From assembly GCA_964354795.1 (NCBI GenBank), contig CAYHBB010000040.1:12593-76592 (forward strand): 64,000 nt of DNA, given 5' to 3'. The translations under genes were made by a program, and so were the position numbers. Each line of letters begins with the position of its first letter. Position 1 is the stretch's first letter. Below are positions 18,963 through 27,838 of this stretch, piece after piece. The stretch is from an uncultured Planctomycetales bacterium. Lineage in GTDB: Bacteria > Omnitrophota > Gorgyraeia > Gygaellales > Profunditerraquicolaceae. A model generated the notes under the pieces. It was not told where the DNA came from and did not search any database. It was given only the letters and a program-made list of their open reading frames with translations.

Positions 18963-20254
18963 TTTTTATTCTTCTTAGGCAACGCGACGTTGGGATTCTT
19001 CCAGAACTCGCGCACCACGTAATAGGCCTTGCGCGGGATACGCTGGTTCAGGCCGCTTTCCAGGTTTTCGGAGATGGCTACAATCCCAAACCACTCCTCG
19101 TTCATATTTTTGTTGCCTTCGGCATCAATATCAAAATAATAGCTGCCGTTGGACCAGTTGCTCTCGGTGTCATGCACCTTCCAACCCTCTTCATAGTCCT
19201 GGTTGTGCTTCCACCACTCATCAGTCCACTCGAAACTAGTGCCGCCAATACAGTTGCCAGAACCCTTAGGGTTATTAGCCAGATTCTCGTAAATCTGGCG
19301 CCACTGCGATTCCAAAAAATAAGCCTGCATATTCTGGTCTTCTTTTTTTAATTTTGCGTCATAGCAGTCCGCTCCAAACTCCGCGATCATGATCGGCCGG
19401 TCAAAGGTCGCTCTCAACGAGCGGAAAAGATTACCGAAAGTCTTACCTCTATATATGATGCAGGCTACCAAGTCCACATCCTGGCAGTATTTATTGGCGT
19501 AATCCAGGCCGGCCAGCTCTCCGTTACCAAGAGCCACCGGACGGCTTAAGTCGATTTTATGGATTTCTTTTGAAATATCATTGATATAGGAATAATAAAT
19601 GCAGGAGCGGATATCTTTTTTCTTAACCGGGTCTGTTTCTTTATCCACTTCTTCACTTGACCATGGGTTCACCCGGCCAAGGCAGGAATAATTATTCTCA
19701 TTTCCCAGTATCCAAAGTAGGACCCCGGGCTCATCCTTATACTCTTTCACCATATCCAGAACATCTTTTTTAATCCTATCCTGGAATTCTTTATCTCCGT
19801 AAAAGGGGCACGGATATTCCCAAAAACCCAGCCAGTGCCCGAGGATGGTGCGGATGCCGTAATTATTATACAAGTCCCTGATTACCTGATGTACCTCTTC
19901 TTTATTCTCATGCGCTTGATAAAGACGGATTGTATTGATGCCCATTTCCTTCATCAGTTTGCCATCGACCATCCAGGGCTTAGCCGGGTCGCTCCACCAG
20001 TCATACTCGTGGTTTGTGCCGATAGTGATGGGGTTATAGCAGACACCCTTAATAAGATAAGGCTTATTGTCCACCATAAGCTGGTAGTGGTTGTTCTTGA
20101 GCTTCTTAATAAACACTTTGGGCTTTGGGCGCAAAACCATGCCCATAACCAGGGCAAGGCTTGCGGAAAATAACACGCAAGCCGCAAGGAAGATTACCTT
20201 GCGGCTTGTGTGCTTTACTTTTGAGCTTGAGCTATTATTCGTACTTGATCTCAT
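18959..20254 (-). CDS. Membrane-anchored clan GH-A glycoside hydrolase (GH2-type TIM barrel)
   Basis: N-terminal TM; IKGVCY, MGINTIRLY, acid/base WILGNENN, nucleophile IAEFG, FEWTDEWWK. Start uncertain. Confidence 0.8.
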   Translation of the reverse strand: MRSSTNNSSSSKVKHTSRKVIFLAACVLFSASLALVMGMVLRPKPKVFIKKLKNNHYQLMVDNKPYLIKGVCYNPITIGTNHEYDWWSDPAKPWMVDGKLMKEMGINTIRLYQAHENKEEVHQVIRDLYNNYGIRTILGHWLGFWEYPCPFYGDKEFQDRIKKDVLDMVKEYKDEPGVLLWILGNENNYSCLGRVNPWSSEEVDKETDPVKKKDIRSCIYYSYINDISKEIHKIDLSRPVALGNGELAGLDYANKYCQDVDLVACIIYRGKTFGNLFRSLRATFDRPIMIAEFGADCYDAKLKKEDQNMQAYFLESQWRQIYENLANNPKGSGNCIGGTSFEWTDEWWKHNQDYEEGWKVHDTESNWSNGSYYFDIDAEGNKNMNEEWFGIVAISENLESGLNQRIPRKAYYVVREFWKNPNVALPKKNKK

Positions 20255-21446
20255 CCAGATAGAACGTTATGCCGCCGTTTTCATCCAGCGCTTCGGGAGC
20301 CTGCGATTCCATGTTGGTGGACCAACAGAAACCTCCGAAAACGTAGGACATATCTTTGCCGGCTAAGTCAATAGTATACTGCTTCCATTCCTTGGTCAGG
20401 ATCGCCGGCCCGATCTCAGCCGCGTCTGAATCCGCGAACTCTTTGATCAAACCGCCCACCTTAAAGGTCTGGATGTTTTCTCCACCCTTAACCCCGCGCG
20501 CCCAGAAAGTCACCTTGGTCGCATTGGAAAGATCGTAACCACCGTCGACATCGCCCCAGTTGTTCGCAGGGTTCTGCCAGTAGATACCGGCCCAGCCGTT
20601 TCCGGAGTTGTCTTTGTAGGAGACCTTGATGCAGGTCTCGCCTGACTGCGGCTCATCCTTGGACCTTGCGTCAAACTTTATATCTTTTCCCGTCTCTGCT
20701 CCGGGCATCCATCCGGAAGGAATAAAGTGATTTCCAACCGAGCGGCTGTCAGAATAAACAAAGAAAGGCATGGCCTCCTGCTTCTTACCTTCCGGCTTCA
20801 TGGAGCTATCCGCCTCAAACTTTACGTCGTCAATATAGAAAGTTGCTCCGTCAGGATTCAGGTCCGAATTCATGACCCAGGCGAAACCGCCGCTGACGTA
20901 AGACATGTCTTTGCCGGACAGATTTACCGTATACTGCTTCCACTCACTTGTAAGCTCAATAGGGCCCATCTCAACGCTCAGTGAATCCGGATAGGGCTTT
21001 TTGTCGTCAATACCAATACCACCTATCTTTGCCTTGTCGATGACCTCTCCACCCTTGGCACCGCGCGCCCAAAAGGTAAGCTTGGTCATACCGGTCAGGT
21101 CAAAACCACCCTTCTTGGTGCCCCAGTTCTGAGCGGGATTCTGCCAGTAAACACCAGCCCAGCCTTTGCCTTGAGTCTTTTTAGCAGAATACGTAAACTC
21201 AATGCTGGTGGTACCCGAATGAGGATTATTAGCGCACTGCTCATTCATTTTGATATCGCCAAAATCTCCCATCCAGCCCGAAGGAATATAGTGGTTACCC
21301 TTGGCGTTCTTATCAGCGTAAACCACAAACTCCTTTGCCCCTGACGCACCTGCTGTTTCACTTGAGCCAGCTGCCCGTTCCTGTGCCCTTGCCACCATCG
21401 GCAACGCCAGAACCAATGCTGCCACTACTGCCAATAACTTCTTCAT
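20235..21446 (-). CDS. Secreted protein with two tandem carbohydrate-binding-like beta-sandwich domains
   Basis: Signal peptide (ARA|Q). Internal duplication of NHxIPSGWM..WAGxYWQNPAxNWG..GGxDL..TKxTFWARGxKGGE..LTxEWKQYT..FYxDxxKxE. Confidence 0.7.
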   Translation of the reverse strand: MKKLLAVVAALVLALPMVARAQERAAGSSETAGASGAKEFVVYADKNAKGNHYIPSGWMGDFGDIKMNEQCANNPHSGTTSIEFTYSAKKTQGKGWAGVYWQNPAQNWGTKKGGFDLTGMTKLTFWARGAKGGEVIDKAKIGGIGIDDKKPYPDSLSVEMGPIELTSEWKQYTVNLSGKDMSYVSGGFAWVMNSDLNPDGATFYIDDVKFEADSSMKPEGKKQEAMPFFVYSDSRSVGNHFIPSGWMPGAETGKDIKFDARSKDEPQSGETCIKVSYKDNSGNGWAGIYWQNPANNWGDVDGGYDLSNATKVTFWARGVKGGENIQTFKVGGLIKEFADSDAAEIGPAILTKEWKQYTIDLAGKDMSYVFGGFCWSTNMESQAPEALDENGGITFYLDEIKYE

Positions 21447-21492
21447 TGCAACTTCTCCTTTCCTTTATACACCTACTACTCTTTTTTTTATT

Positions 21493-23802
21493 TTATTTCC
21501 TATTCCAGGCCTTCTTGTACATGTAGTATGACTTGCGCAGCTGCCGCAGGAACGGGCTTATTGTCCCGTCCCCCTGGCCGGCTAAACCAAGCCACTCTTC
21601 ATGCATGTAGCCATCCGGAAAAGGCCCGGCCCACAGGCCCTTAGTGTCATGGATCTTCGGCTCATACGCCTTCCACCACTCATCCAGATATTCAAAAGCG
21701 ATCCCGCCGACTGAGTTGCCCGCTCCGCCGTGGAACGCCATATTATGCTCAATATCCTCCCAGGAGCCGCGGTGAAACTGCGCCTGCAAATCTTCGACCT
21801 GCTCAGCAGTTTTCCCTTCGGCATATGCCGGGCACCCATACTCAGTGATAAACGCTGGCCTATCCGCCTCTTCCTTGACACTTTGCCATAAACGGCCGAA
21901 GCCGTAATCCCCGCGATAAGCGTTTGTCCCGAACATATCCACATCAGGAGCGTTCTTGCCGAATTTATCCAGGAATAAAACATCCCCACTGCAGACCGCC
22001 ACCGGATGCTCTGGGTCTATAGACTTGATGACCTTAGCCACCTCATTGACGAAAGCGAAATAGGCATCCGGCTTTTTGTCGGCGTTGCAGGCGTAGCCGT
22101 ATACATTCTCATTTCCCAGAAGCCAGAACAGAATAAACGGCTCATCCTTATATTCATTGATCATAGAAGTGACAGACTCGATCATCTTTTTCTTTTGTTC
22201 TTCATTCTCATAATCCGTGCCCGGGTTCCATGCCGCACCTGACCCAAGCGCGTATTTACCAAGAAAATCCCCCATGATCACCCGTATGCCGTATTTTTTA
22301 TACATTTGGCGAAGAAGCTCTTTGCTCACTTTTTGCGGATGATGATACACGCGGATAGAGTTGACACCCATCTCTCTCATCAGCCTGAAATCTCCCACTG
22401 ACGGCTCATTGGCATCCTGCTTATTATTTTTATTTTTATCCACAAAGGCGTCATACGGCCCGTCGATTTTTCCGTTCTTATTAAAATCGTCATACATCCA
22501 ATCGGTAAGCGTCCCCTCATCCGGAGACTGCCCGACTTTTGTGGGAGCGTAAGTCACCGCCCTGATCACAAAAGGCTTATTGTTCACTATCATCTGCCAA
22601 TCGCCTGTCTCATACTGGATCAAATGCACCTTGCCGTGCCCCAAGCGCTTCTTTATGCTTAAAAACTCCGTAGCCTGTTTAGGCTTTAGTTTATCCCAAA
22701 GAGTAGGCTTGCCCATCTTGACGAACTTTCCCGGGCTGGCGATCACCACGTCATTAGAGACATCATTATCAAAACCATTGACCACCTTGATATCCGCATC
22801 CTGCAGCTTAAGCCCTAGCTGCGGATTGCGGCGTAAAAGGGAATTTATTTTAGCCAAAGCCGCCTGCCCCACATACCAGGGAGTATGCCAGTAGGTCCAG
22901 CCGTAACTGGCCGGATAATGTACCACTATGGCGTAATAACATTTAATAGCATGTTTGAGCAAACCGGCTTTTTCCAGCACAAGGCCGGTATAAAACATCC
23001 TTACTCCCGGGGGCTCTGCCGCGGTAGCCCATTTTAAAAACGCCGCTTCTAGATCCGGGGACTGCGAAAAATCCCAATGCGTTCCCTCAAGCCGTTTTTC
23101 TTTCACCGCTTTTTTAAATTCAGGATCCTGGCGGATAGATGAAGTATTAGGATAGATCCCTTCCCCGACAGCAGCGATCAAACCGGCCTGGTCCTTGATC
23201 AGATACTCGTAATCCTTGGTACCGGCATTCTTGAACTCGCCGTACTTCTCGTAATTGACCACATCTTCTTTGCCGGGATCGAATAAAACGACTTTTGTCG
23301 GAAGCTGGCTGACTTTCTTCTTCTGCTGCTCCAGCTCATTAGTGCCGGTCTCAAGCTTCTGTATGCTCTGCTTGGAAGCCTCAGCTATCTTCCAGTACCA
23401 TCCGCGGGGATCCCATGCCTGGGCATAAGGATATTTATCGATGATCAGTAAAAAGAGTTTTTTAGCATCTTCAACCTTCTGCTGGCGCATATAAGACTCT
23501 GCCTGGATAAAATACGCGGTAGCCACATCATTAAGCACGGTCACCGCCTCTATTTCATCCTTACCCTTAGGGATGCCGGTAAGTATTGCCTGCTGCTTAT
23601 CCGCCTCATCCTTATAAAGATCGATGCACTCTTGTGTATATTTAAAAGTTTCTTCGACATCGCCCTTGCCGTGCACAGTCCAGGCCTTGACTACCAATTC
23701 TCCGGAAGAAGGCTTTTGTACAACAGGCTCAGCCTCCTGGGCATAAGAAACCCTCAAAGCACAAACCGCAAAGATTAAAATCAATAATCTGGCGACTTTC
23801 AT
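21493..23802 (-). CDS. Secreted TPR-like plus clan GH-A (GH2-type TIM barrel) glycoside hydrolase
   Basis: Signal peptide (SYA|Q); TPR-like N-terminus; MGVNSIRVY, WLLGNEN, ITEYG and FEYLDEWWK; paralogous to 18959-20254. Confidence 0.8.
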   Translation of the reverse strand: MKVARLLILIFAVCALRVSYAQEAEPVVQKPSSGELVVKAWTVHGKGDVEETFKYTQECIDLYKDEADKQQAILTGIPKGKDEIEAVTVLNDVATAYFIQAESYMRQQKVEDAKKLFLLIIDKYPYAQAWDPRGWYWKIAEASKQSIQKLETGTNELEQQKKKVSQLPTKVVLFDPGKEDVVNYEKYGEFKNAGTKDYEYLIKDQAGLIAAVGEGIYPNTSSIRQDPEFKKAVKEKRLEGTHWDFSQSPDLEAAFLKWATAAEPPGVRMFYTGLVLEKAGLLKHAIKCYYAIVVHYPASYGWTYWHTPWYVGQAALAKINSLLRRNPQLGLKLQDADIKVVNGFDNDVSNDVVIASPGKFVKMGKPTLWDKLKPKQATEFLSIKKRLGHGKVHLIQYETGDWQMIVNNKPFVIRAVTYAPTKVGQSPDEGTLTDWMYDDFNKNGKIDGPYDAFVDKNKNNKQDANEPSVGDFRLMREMGVNSIRVYHHPQKVSKELLRQMYKKYGIRVIMGDFLGKYALGSGAAWNPGTDYENEEQKKKMIESVTSMINEYKDEPFILFWLLGNENVYGYACNADKKPDAYFAFVNEVAKVIKSIDPEHPVAVCSGDVLFLDKFGKNAPDVDMFGTNAYRGDYGFGRLWQSVKEEADRPAFITEYGCPAYAEGKTAEQVEDLQAQFHRGSWEDIEHNMAFHGGAGNSVGGIAFEYLDEWWKAYEPKIHDTKGLWAGPFPDGYMHEEWLGLAGQGDGTISPFLRQLRKSYYMYKKAWNRK

Positions 23803-24656
23803 TATCCTACAATAGCTCCCTGAGTGACACCCTTGATAATATATTTCTGCATCAGAACATAAACTACAATAATAGGTAAGGCGGCGATAGTAAGTCCAGC
23901 CATGAGCAGCGGATAATTGGTCACGAATTCACCCTGAAATACCTGCAGAGCCACCTGAAGAGGCATAAAACTTTTGGAATCAAAGATGATCAAAGCTAAA
24001 ACGTACTCATTCCACACCGCAAGTGCGTTGAAAACTACCACTACTGCCAACACCGGCTTAGCCAGCGGCAAAGCCACGTGCCACCAGATACCCAGCTTTG
24101 AACAGCCGTCAATACGCGCGGCGTCCTCAAGCTCCTTAGGCATTTTATCAAAGAAAGTCTTGAGCATGAATATGCTAGTGGATAAGCCGACGTTGATCAT
24201 TGCCAGAATGTAACCAATAGGGGTATTACGCAGATGCAGCTTGTTCAATAAAACATAAAGCGCCACAAAACTTCCCGGAATCGGTATCATCATCGCGGCC
24301 ATGAACATCACAAATAAAATGTTTTTCCCCGGAAACTTAAGACGGGAGAATGCGTATGCCGCCATAGAAGAGATGATCACTATACCGCAAACTACCGTCA
24401 CCGTGTAGATGATACTGTTCAAAAAATACCGGCCGAATCCGCCCTCGACCCAAGCCTGATAATAATTGGCAAAGTTAAAGTGCGTCGGGATCAATGACGC
24501 GTCTTTAAAAATCGTATCCTGAGTTTTAAAGCTGGCAGCGATCATCCAAAGCAAAGGATACACGCAGGTCACTGCCACAGCCAGCAAAAATAAATGTATC
24601 AGCACATTAATGGTGGTCTTCTTGGTCTTATAGTACATAACGGCTTTTGGCTGCAT
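23802..24656 (-). CDS. Carbohydrate ABC transporter permease (MalG-like)
   Basis: EAA loop ELEDAARIDGCS; VWNEY; about six TM helices. Confidence 0.93.
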   Translation of the reverse strand: MQPKAVMYYKTKKTTINVLIHLFLLAVAVTCVYPLLWMIAASFKTQDTIFKDASLIPTHFNFANYYQAWVEGGFGRYFLNSIIYTVTVVCGIVIISSMAAYAFSRLKFPGKNILFVMFMAAMMIPIPGSFVALYVLLNKLHLRNTPIGYILAMINVGLSTSIFMLKTFFDKMPKELEDAARIDGCSKLGIWWHVALPLAKPVLAVVVVFNALAVWNEYVLALIIFDSKSFMPLQVALQVFQGEFVTNYPLLMAGLTIAALPIIVVYVLMQKYIIKGVTQGAIVG

Positions 24657-24659
24657 ACT

Positions 24660-25547
24660 TTATTGCCTGGCTTTCTTTGAGAAACGGTATTGGATAAATG
24701 AGATGGCCACCAGGATCACGCCGAAACTGATACCTTGAGCGCAGGCGTAGCCAAAACGCGATGACCCGCGCATTGAAGCAAGTATTCTTAACACCGGAAC
24801 CGAGGTGTGGCCGGCGAATTCTCCGCCGACAAGGCCGATTATCAAGACGAATATCTGCATAGTCCCCAGTACCGTAAGTATCGCCACCAGCACGATGACC
24901 GGGACCATCAAAGGAATAGTCACATTCTTAAAAGACTGCCAGGCATTGGCTCCGTCCACACGAGCCGCTTCGTATAATTCACGCGGTATGGTCTGCAGTC
25001 CGGCAAGAAAGATCAGAAATCCCCAACCAAAACCTTTCCAGCAATGTACCAATGCAACGGTAGTCAGCGCGGTATTCGGGTCATTGAGCCAGCTGTGCAC
25101 CAAATTCGGCAGGCCGATACCTGTCAGCATGCGGTTGATCATATTGGCGCCTTCTACGTCGTTAATAATGAAGCGCCAGACCATGCCCACCACGATCTCG
25201 GATAATACCGGTGGGATAAAAAATATCACCCGATAGAAATTCTTCATGCGGATCTCGCGGTCACATGCCAAAGCCAGCATAAAAGCAAAAGCATTCTGCA
25301 AGGTCAGCGCGATAACCGTGATCCAGGTGGCGTTAAACATCGACTGCCACCAGCTTCTATCCTGCAATAAAATCTCTTTGAAATTATTGATCCCGACGAA
25401 CTGGGCCATGCCGAGCGGAACGATCCCGTCCCAGTCATAAAAACCCAGCTTAAAGACATAAATAAAAGGAATAATATAAAAAACAGAAAAAATCAAAACC
25501 GCGGGGAGGACAAAAACGTAATTCTCTAAAGTCGACTTGATGCGCAT
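24660..25547 (-). CDS. Carbohydrate ABC transporter permease (MalF-like)
   Basis: LAGLQTIPRELYEAARVDGAN EAA loop; FVGINNF. Confidence 0.93.
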   Translation of the reverse strand: MRIKSTLENYVFVLPAVLIFSVFYIIPFIYVFKLGFYDWDGIVPLGMAQFVGINNFKEILLQDRSWWQSMFNATWITVIALTLQNAFAFMLALACDREIRMKNFYRVIFFIPPVLSEIVVGMVWRFIINDVEGANMINRMLTGIGLPNLVHSWLNDPNTALTTVALVHCWKGFGWGFLIFLAGLQTIPRELYEAARVDGANAWQSFKNVTIPLMVPVIVLVAILTVLGTMQIFVLIIGLVGGEFAGHTSVPVLRILASMRGSSRFGYACAQGISFGVILVAISFIQYRFSKKARQ

Positions 25548-25549
25548 GG

Positions 25550-26869
25550 TTAACGGGCCTTCTTTTTAGCCATCTCCCGCTCTTTTATCTTCTGAGTATC
25601 TAAAGCCACCTGCTCCGGAGTCTTTTCGCCAATGATGATAGACTGAATACCCATATCCCAGGTCTCAATGACCGCTGAGAACTCAGAGACTCCCCAAGTA
25701 TTAGGATGGGTAGCATAATCCATGCCTTTAGCGAATTGAGCCAGGACCTCGGGGATCTTGTTCAGACAGTTCTTGTTGGCGGGAAGATTATTGGTTGATT
25801 CGGAAAGATAAGCCTGCTGATCGCGGCTGGTAAGCCACTGCAGGAATTTCACCGCCTCATCCTTGTTCTTGGAATTGGCATTGACCATGAACGATGAACC
25901 GGCGCCTCCCCAGATAGCCATGGGAAATTTGTCGGTTACCTGCGGAGGAAGCATTGCCCCATACTCGATCTTGGGATTCATTCCTTTATATACGTTAACG
26001 CACCAGGAACCGTTAAAAGCGAAGACCGCTTTCTCATTGGCAAAAAGCTGCTCAGCAGTCTTATTCACCATGGTCACAACACCTGTGCCTATGAGCCCTG
26101 CTTCGCGCATATCCTTAAACACTGTCAACACCTTGATCCAGTCAGGATCGGTATAGGCAACCTCTCCCTTAATGGTCGCAATGACCTTATCTTTGCCCAT
26201 AATATTAAAGGCATAATTATTGGCAAAACAATCTGCCATCCATAATTCACCCCAGCCGGAGACCATGCCCTGCAGGCCGGCAACTTTGATCTTCTTTCCA
26301 AGAGCCAGGAAATCGACAAAATTCTGCGGGGGGTGCACTCCAAGGGACTTCAAAAGATTTTTATTATAGACCATCTGAATGGTCATGATATCTAAAGGAA
26401 CGCCATAAATGCCGGCCTTTGCGCCGTAGCTGTTTCCCTCGGCAAACTCATTTACCCCAAGGGCCTTGGCGAAAAAACTATTGAACCACTCAGAATTATT
26501 AGCCTGCATGTAAGGAGTAAGGTCCAGCACATATTCAGCCTTGACAAAAGAAGCAAAATCCCGCTTCTCACCGAGTATGCCGAATATGTCGGGAAGATTA
26601 GCACCCTGGCCTGCAGCACGTATCTTCTGAGTATAGGCGTCCGAGGGGGCGTAAAGTTCAAAATCTATTTTTACACCGGTCTGAGCTTCGTATTTCTTGG
26701 CGAGTTCCTGAAAGGCGGGCTCGCGGTCGGTCATCCAGTGCCAGATAGTGATAGTGGTTTTTGCGTTGGACTTATTTGCGGGGGAGCATCCTGCGGAAAA
26801 ACCTAACAGCAAAAGTGTTGGAATGATGAATAATGACAGAATCCGAAAACGCTTTCTTTCAGACAGCAT
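25550..26869 (-). CDS. Carbohydrate ABC transporter substrate-binding lipoprotein
   Basis: Lipobox FSAG|C; family-1 SBP motifs (ITIWHW, PDIF, YGVP, VYNK, GSW). Confidence 0.9.
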   Translation of the reverse strand: MLSERKRFRILSLFIIPTLLLLGFSAGCSPANKSNAKTTITIWHWMTDREPAFQELAKKYEAQTGVKIDFELYAPSDAYTQKIRAAGQGANLPDIFGILGEKRDFASFVKAEYVLDLTPYMQANNSEWFNSFFAKALGVNEFAEGNSYGAKAGIYGVPLDIMTIQMVYNKNLLKSLGVHPPQNFVDFLALGKKIKVAGLQGMVSGWGELWMADCFANNYAFNIMGKDKVIATIKGEVAYTDPDWIKVLTVFKDMREAGLIGTGVVTMVNKTAEQLFANEKAVFAFNGSWCVNVYKGMNPKIEYGAMLPPQVTDKFPMAIWGGAGSSFMVNANSKNKDEAVKFLQWLTSRDQQAYLSESTNNLPANKNCLNKIPEVLAQFAKGMDYATHPNTWGVSEFSAVIETWDMGIQSIIIGEKTPEQVALDTQKIKEREMAKKKAR

Positions 26870-26893
26870 GATTCCTCCTTCCGCAGAAAGCGG

Positions 26894-26922
26894 AACACTG
26901 GCTTATCCTATAAAGCCAGGTG
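26894..26922. repeat. 29-bp dispersed hairpin repeat, copy 2
   Basis: Identical to 2534-2562. Confidence 0.8.
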
Positions 26923-27004
26923 TAAATTGAAAACCGGCCTTACCTATAATATGAATAGGGTTTTGTTCCGGGGGTTGATTCCGGAGGCAAGTAAATAATA
27001 CTAA

Positions 27005-27033
27005 AATGTAACATATTTCACAACCAAGGTCAA
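27005..27033 (-). promoter_or_regulatory. Putative promoter of the sugar ABC/GH operon with an overlapping CRP-like palindrome
   Basis: TTGACC(27033-27028)-17 bp-TACATT(27010-27005) with a TG extension; TGTAA-N6-TCACA at 27007-27022. Confidence 0.55.
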
Positions 27034-27060
27034 GGAGATTTGTGCTTGCCCCGAGTGAGA

Positions 27061-27753
27061 TTATGACCTTAAAATCCGTGACAATCCCATCAGGTCAGCT
27101 TTCTCAAGGCTCACCCCGGCGCGATATTCATTCTCACCGATAGGCTTTGTCCAGATGACCTCGCCTCTGGTATAAACAGGCTCTCCCTTGTCAGGTATCT
27201 GCAGCCAGATCTCAACCGTCGTTCGCGGCATTAATTCTTCTTTGGTGCTAAAGCCAATACCCTTAGCGCTTACATCCTGAGTAAGAGCCAAGCCCTCTTT
27301 GCCGCTGTTTAGATCCAGGAACCGCACAGGAAATTTCACCACAAATCTCTGGAAAATCCTTTTATCTTCCATAGACTCTACCGCCTTTTCTTCGGGCTCA
27401 AAATCCTGCCACCAGGTTTTTTCCAGCGCCTCGCGGTGATTCTCGGTTATATAGCGGTAAATCTTTTCCTTGTCGCTGTCTGCGATCCTGGTAAAATACA
27501 GGCCGTAAGTATTCACCCCTTCGCTATGTTTATACCAGCCTACCCAGGCCTCAATATTCAGCACAAAAGTATCTGTTAGCACTAGGGTTAGCTTAATAAA
27601 CTTGTCTTCGGGAAGCTTAAGCGGCAGGGAAAACTTGACCCCCATCATGCTAATATCATCGACATGACAGTTGACGAATTTCTCGGCCCCGGCCAGTCTC
27701 ATCTGCGCCGGCATTCCTACTTTCCATCTGGCGAATCTTCTGCGTACTTCCAT
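27061..27753 (-). CDS. Tandem PilZ-domain protein (c-di-GMP receptor)
   Basis: Two PilZ domains with RxxxR and DxSxxG motifs: RRRFAR..DISMMG and KRIFQR..DVSAKG. Confidence 0.88.
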   Translation of the reverse strand: MEVRRRFARWKVGMPAQMRLAGAEKFVNCHVDDISMMGVKFSLPLKLPEDKFIKLTLVLTDTFVLNIEAWVGWYKHSEGVNTYGLYFTRIADSDKEKIYRYITENHREALEKTWWQDFEPEEKAVESMEDKRIFQRFVVKFPVRFLDLNSGKEGLALTQDVSAKGIGFSTKEELMPRTTVEIWLQIPDKGEPVYTRGEVIWTKPIGENEYRAGVSLEKADLMGLSRILRS

Positions 27754-27801
27754 CTGACTTACTCCTTTGCGCCCGCAGCGCCTGCGCGCCCCGACGCCTT
27801 T

Positions 27802-27829
27802 ATCTTACCAAAAATTAACAATTTGTCAA
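27802..27829 (-). promoter_or_regulatory. Putative sigma70 promoter of the PilZ gene
   Basis: TTGACA(27829-27824)-16 bp-TAAGAT(27807-27802) with an extended TG, just past the giant ORF stop. Confidence 0.6.
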
Positions 27830-27838
27830 AACCCTAAT

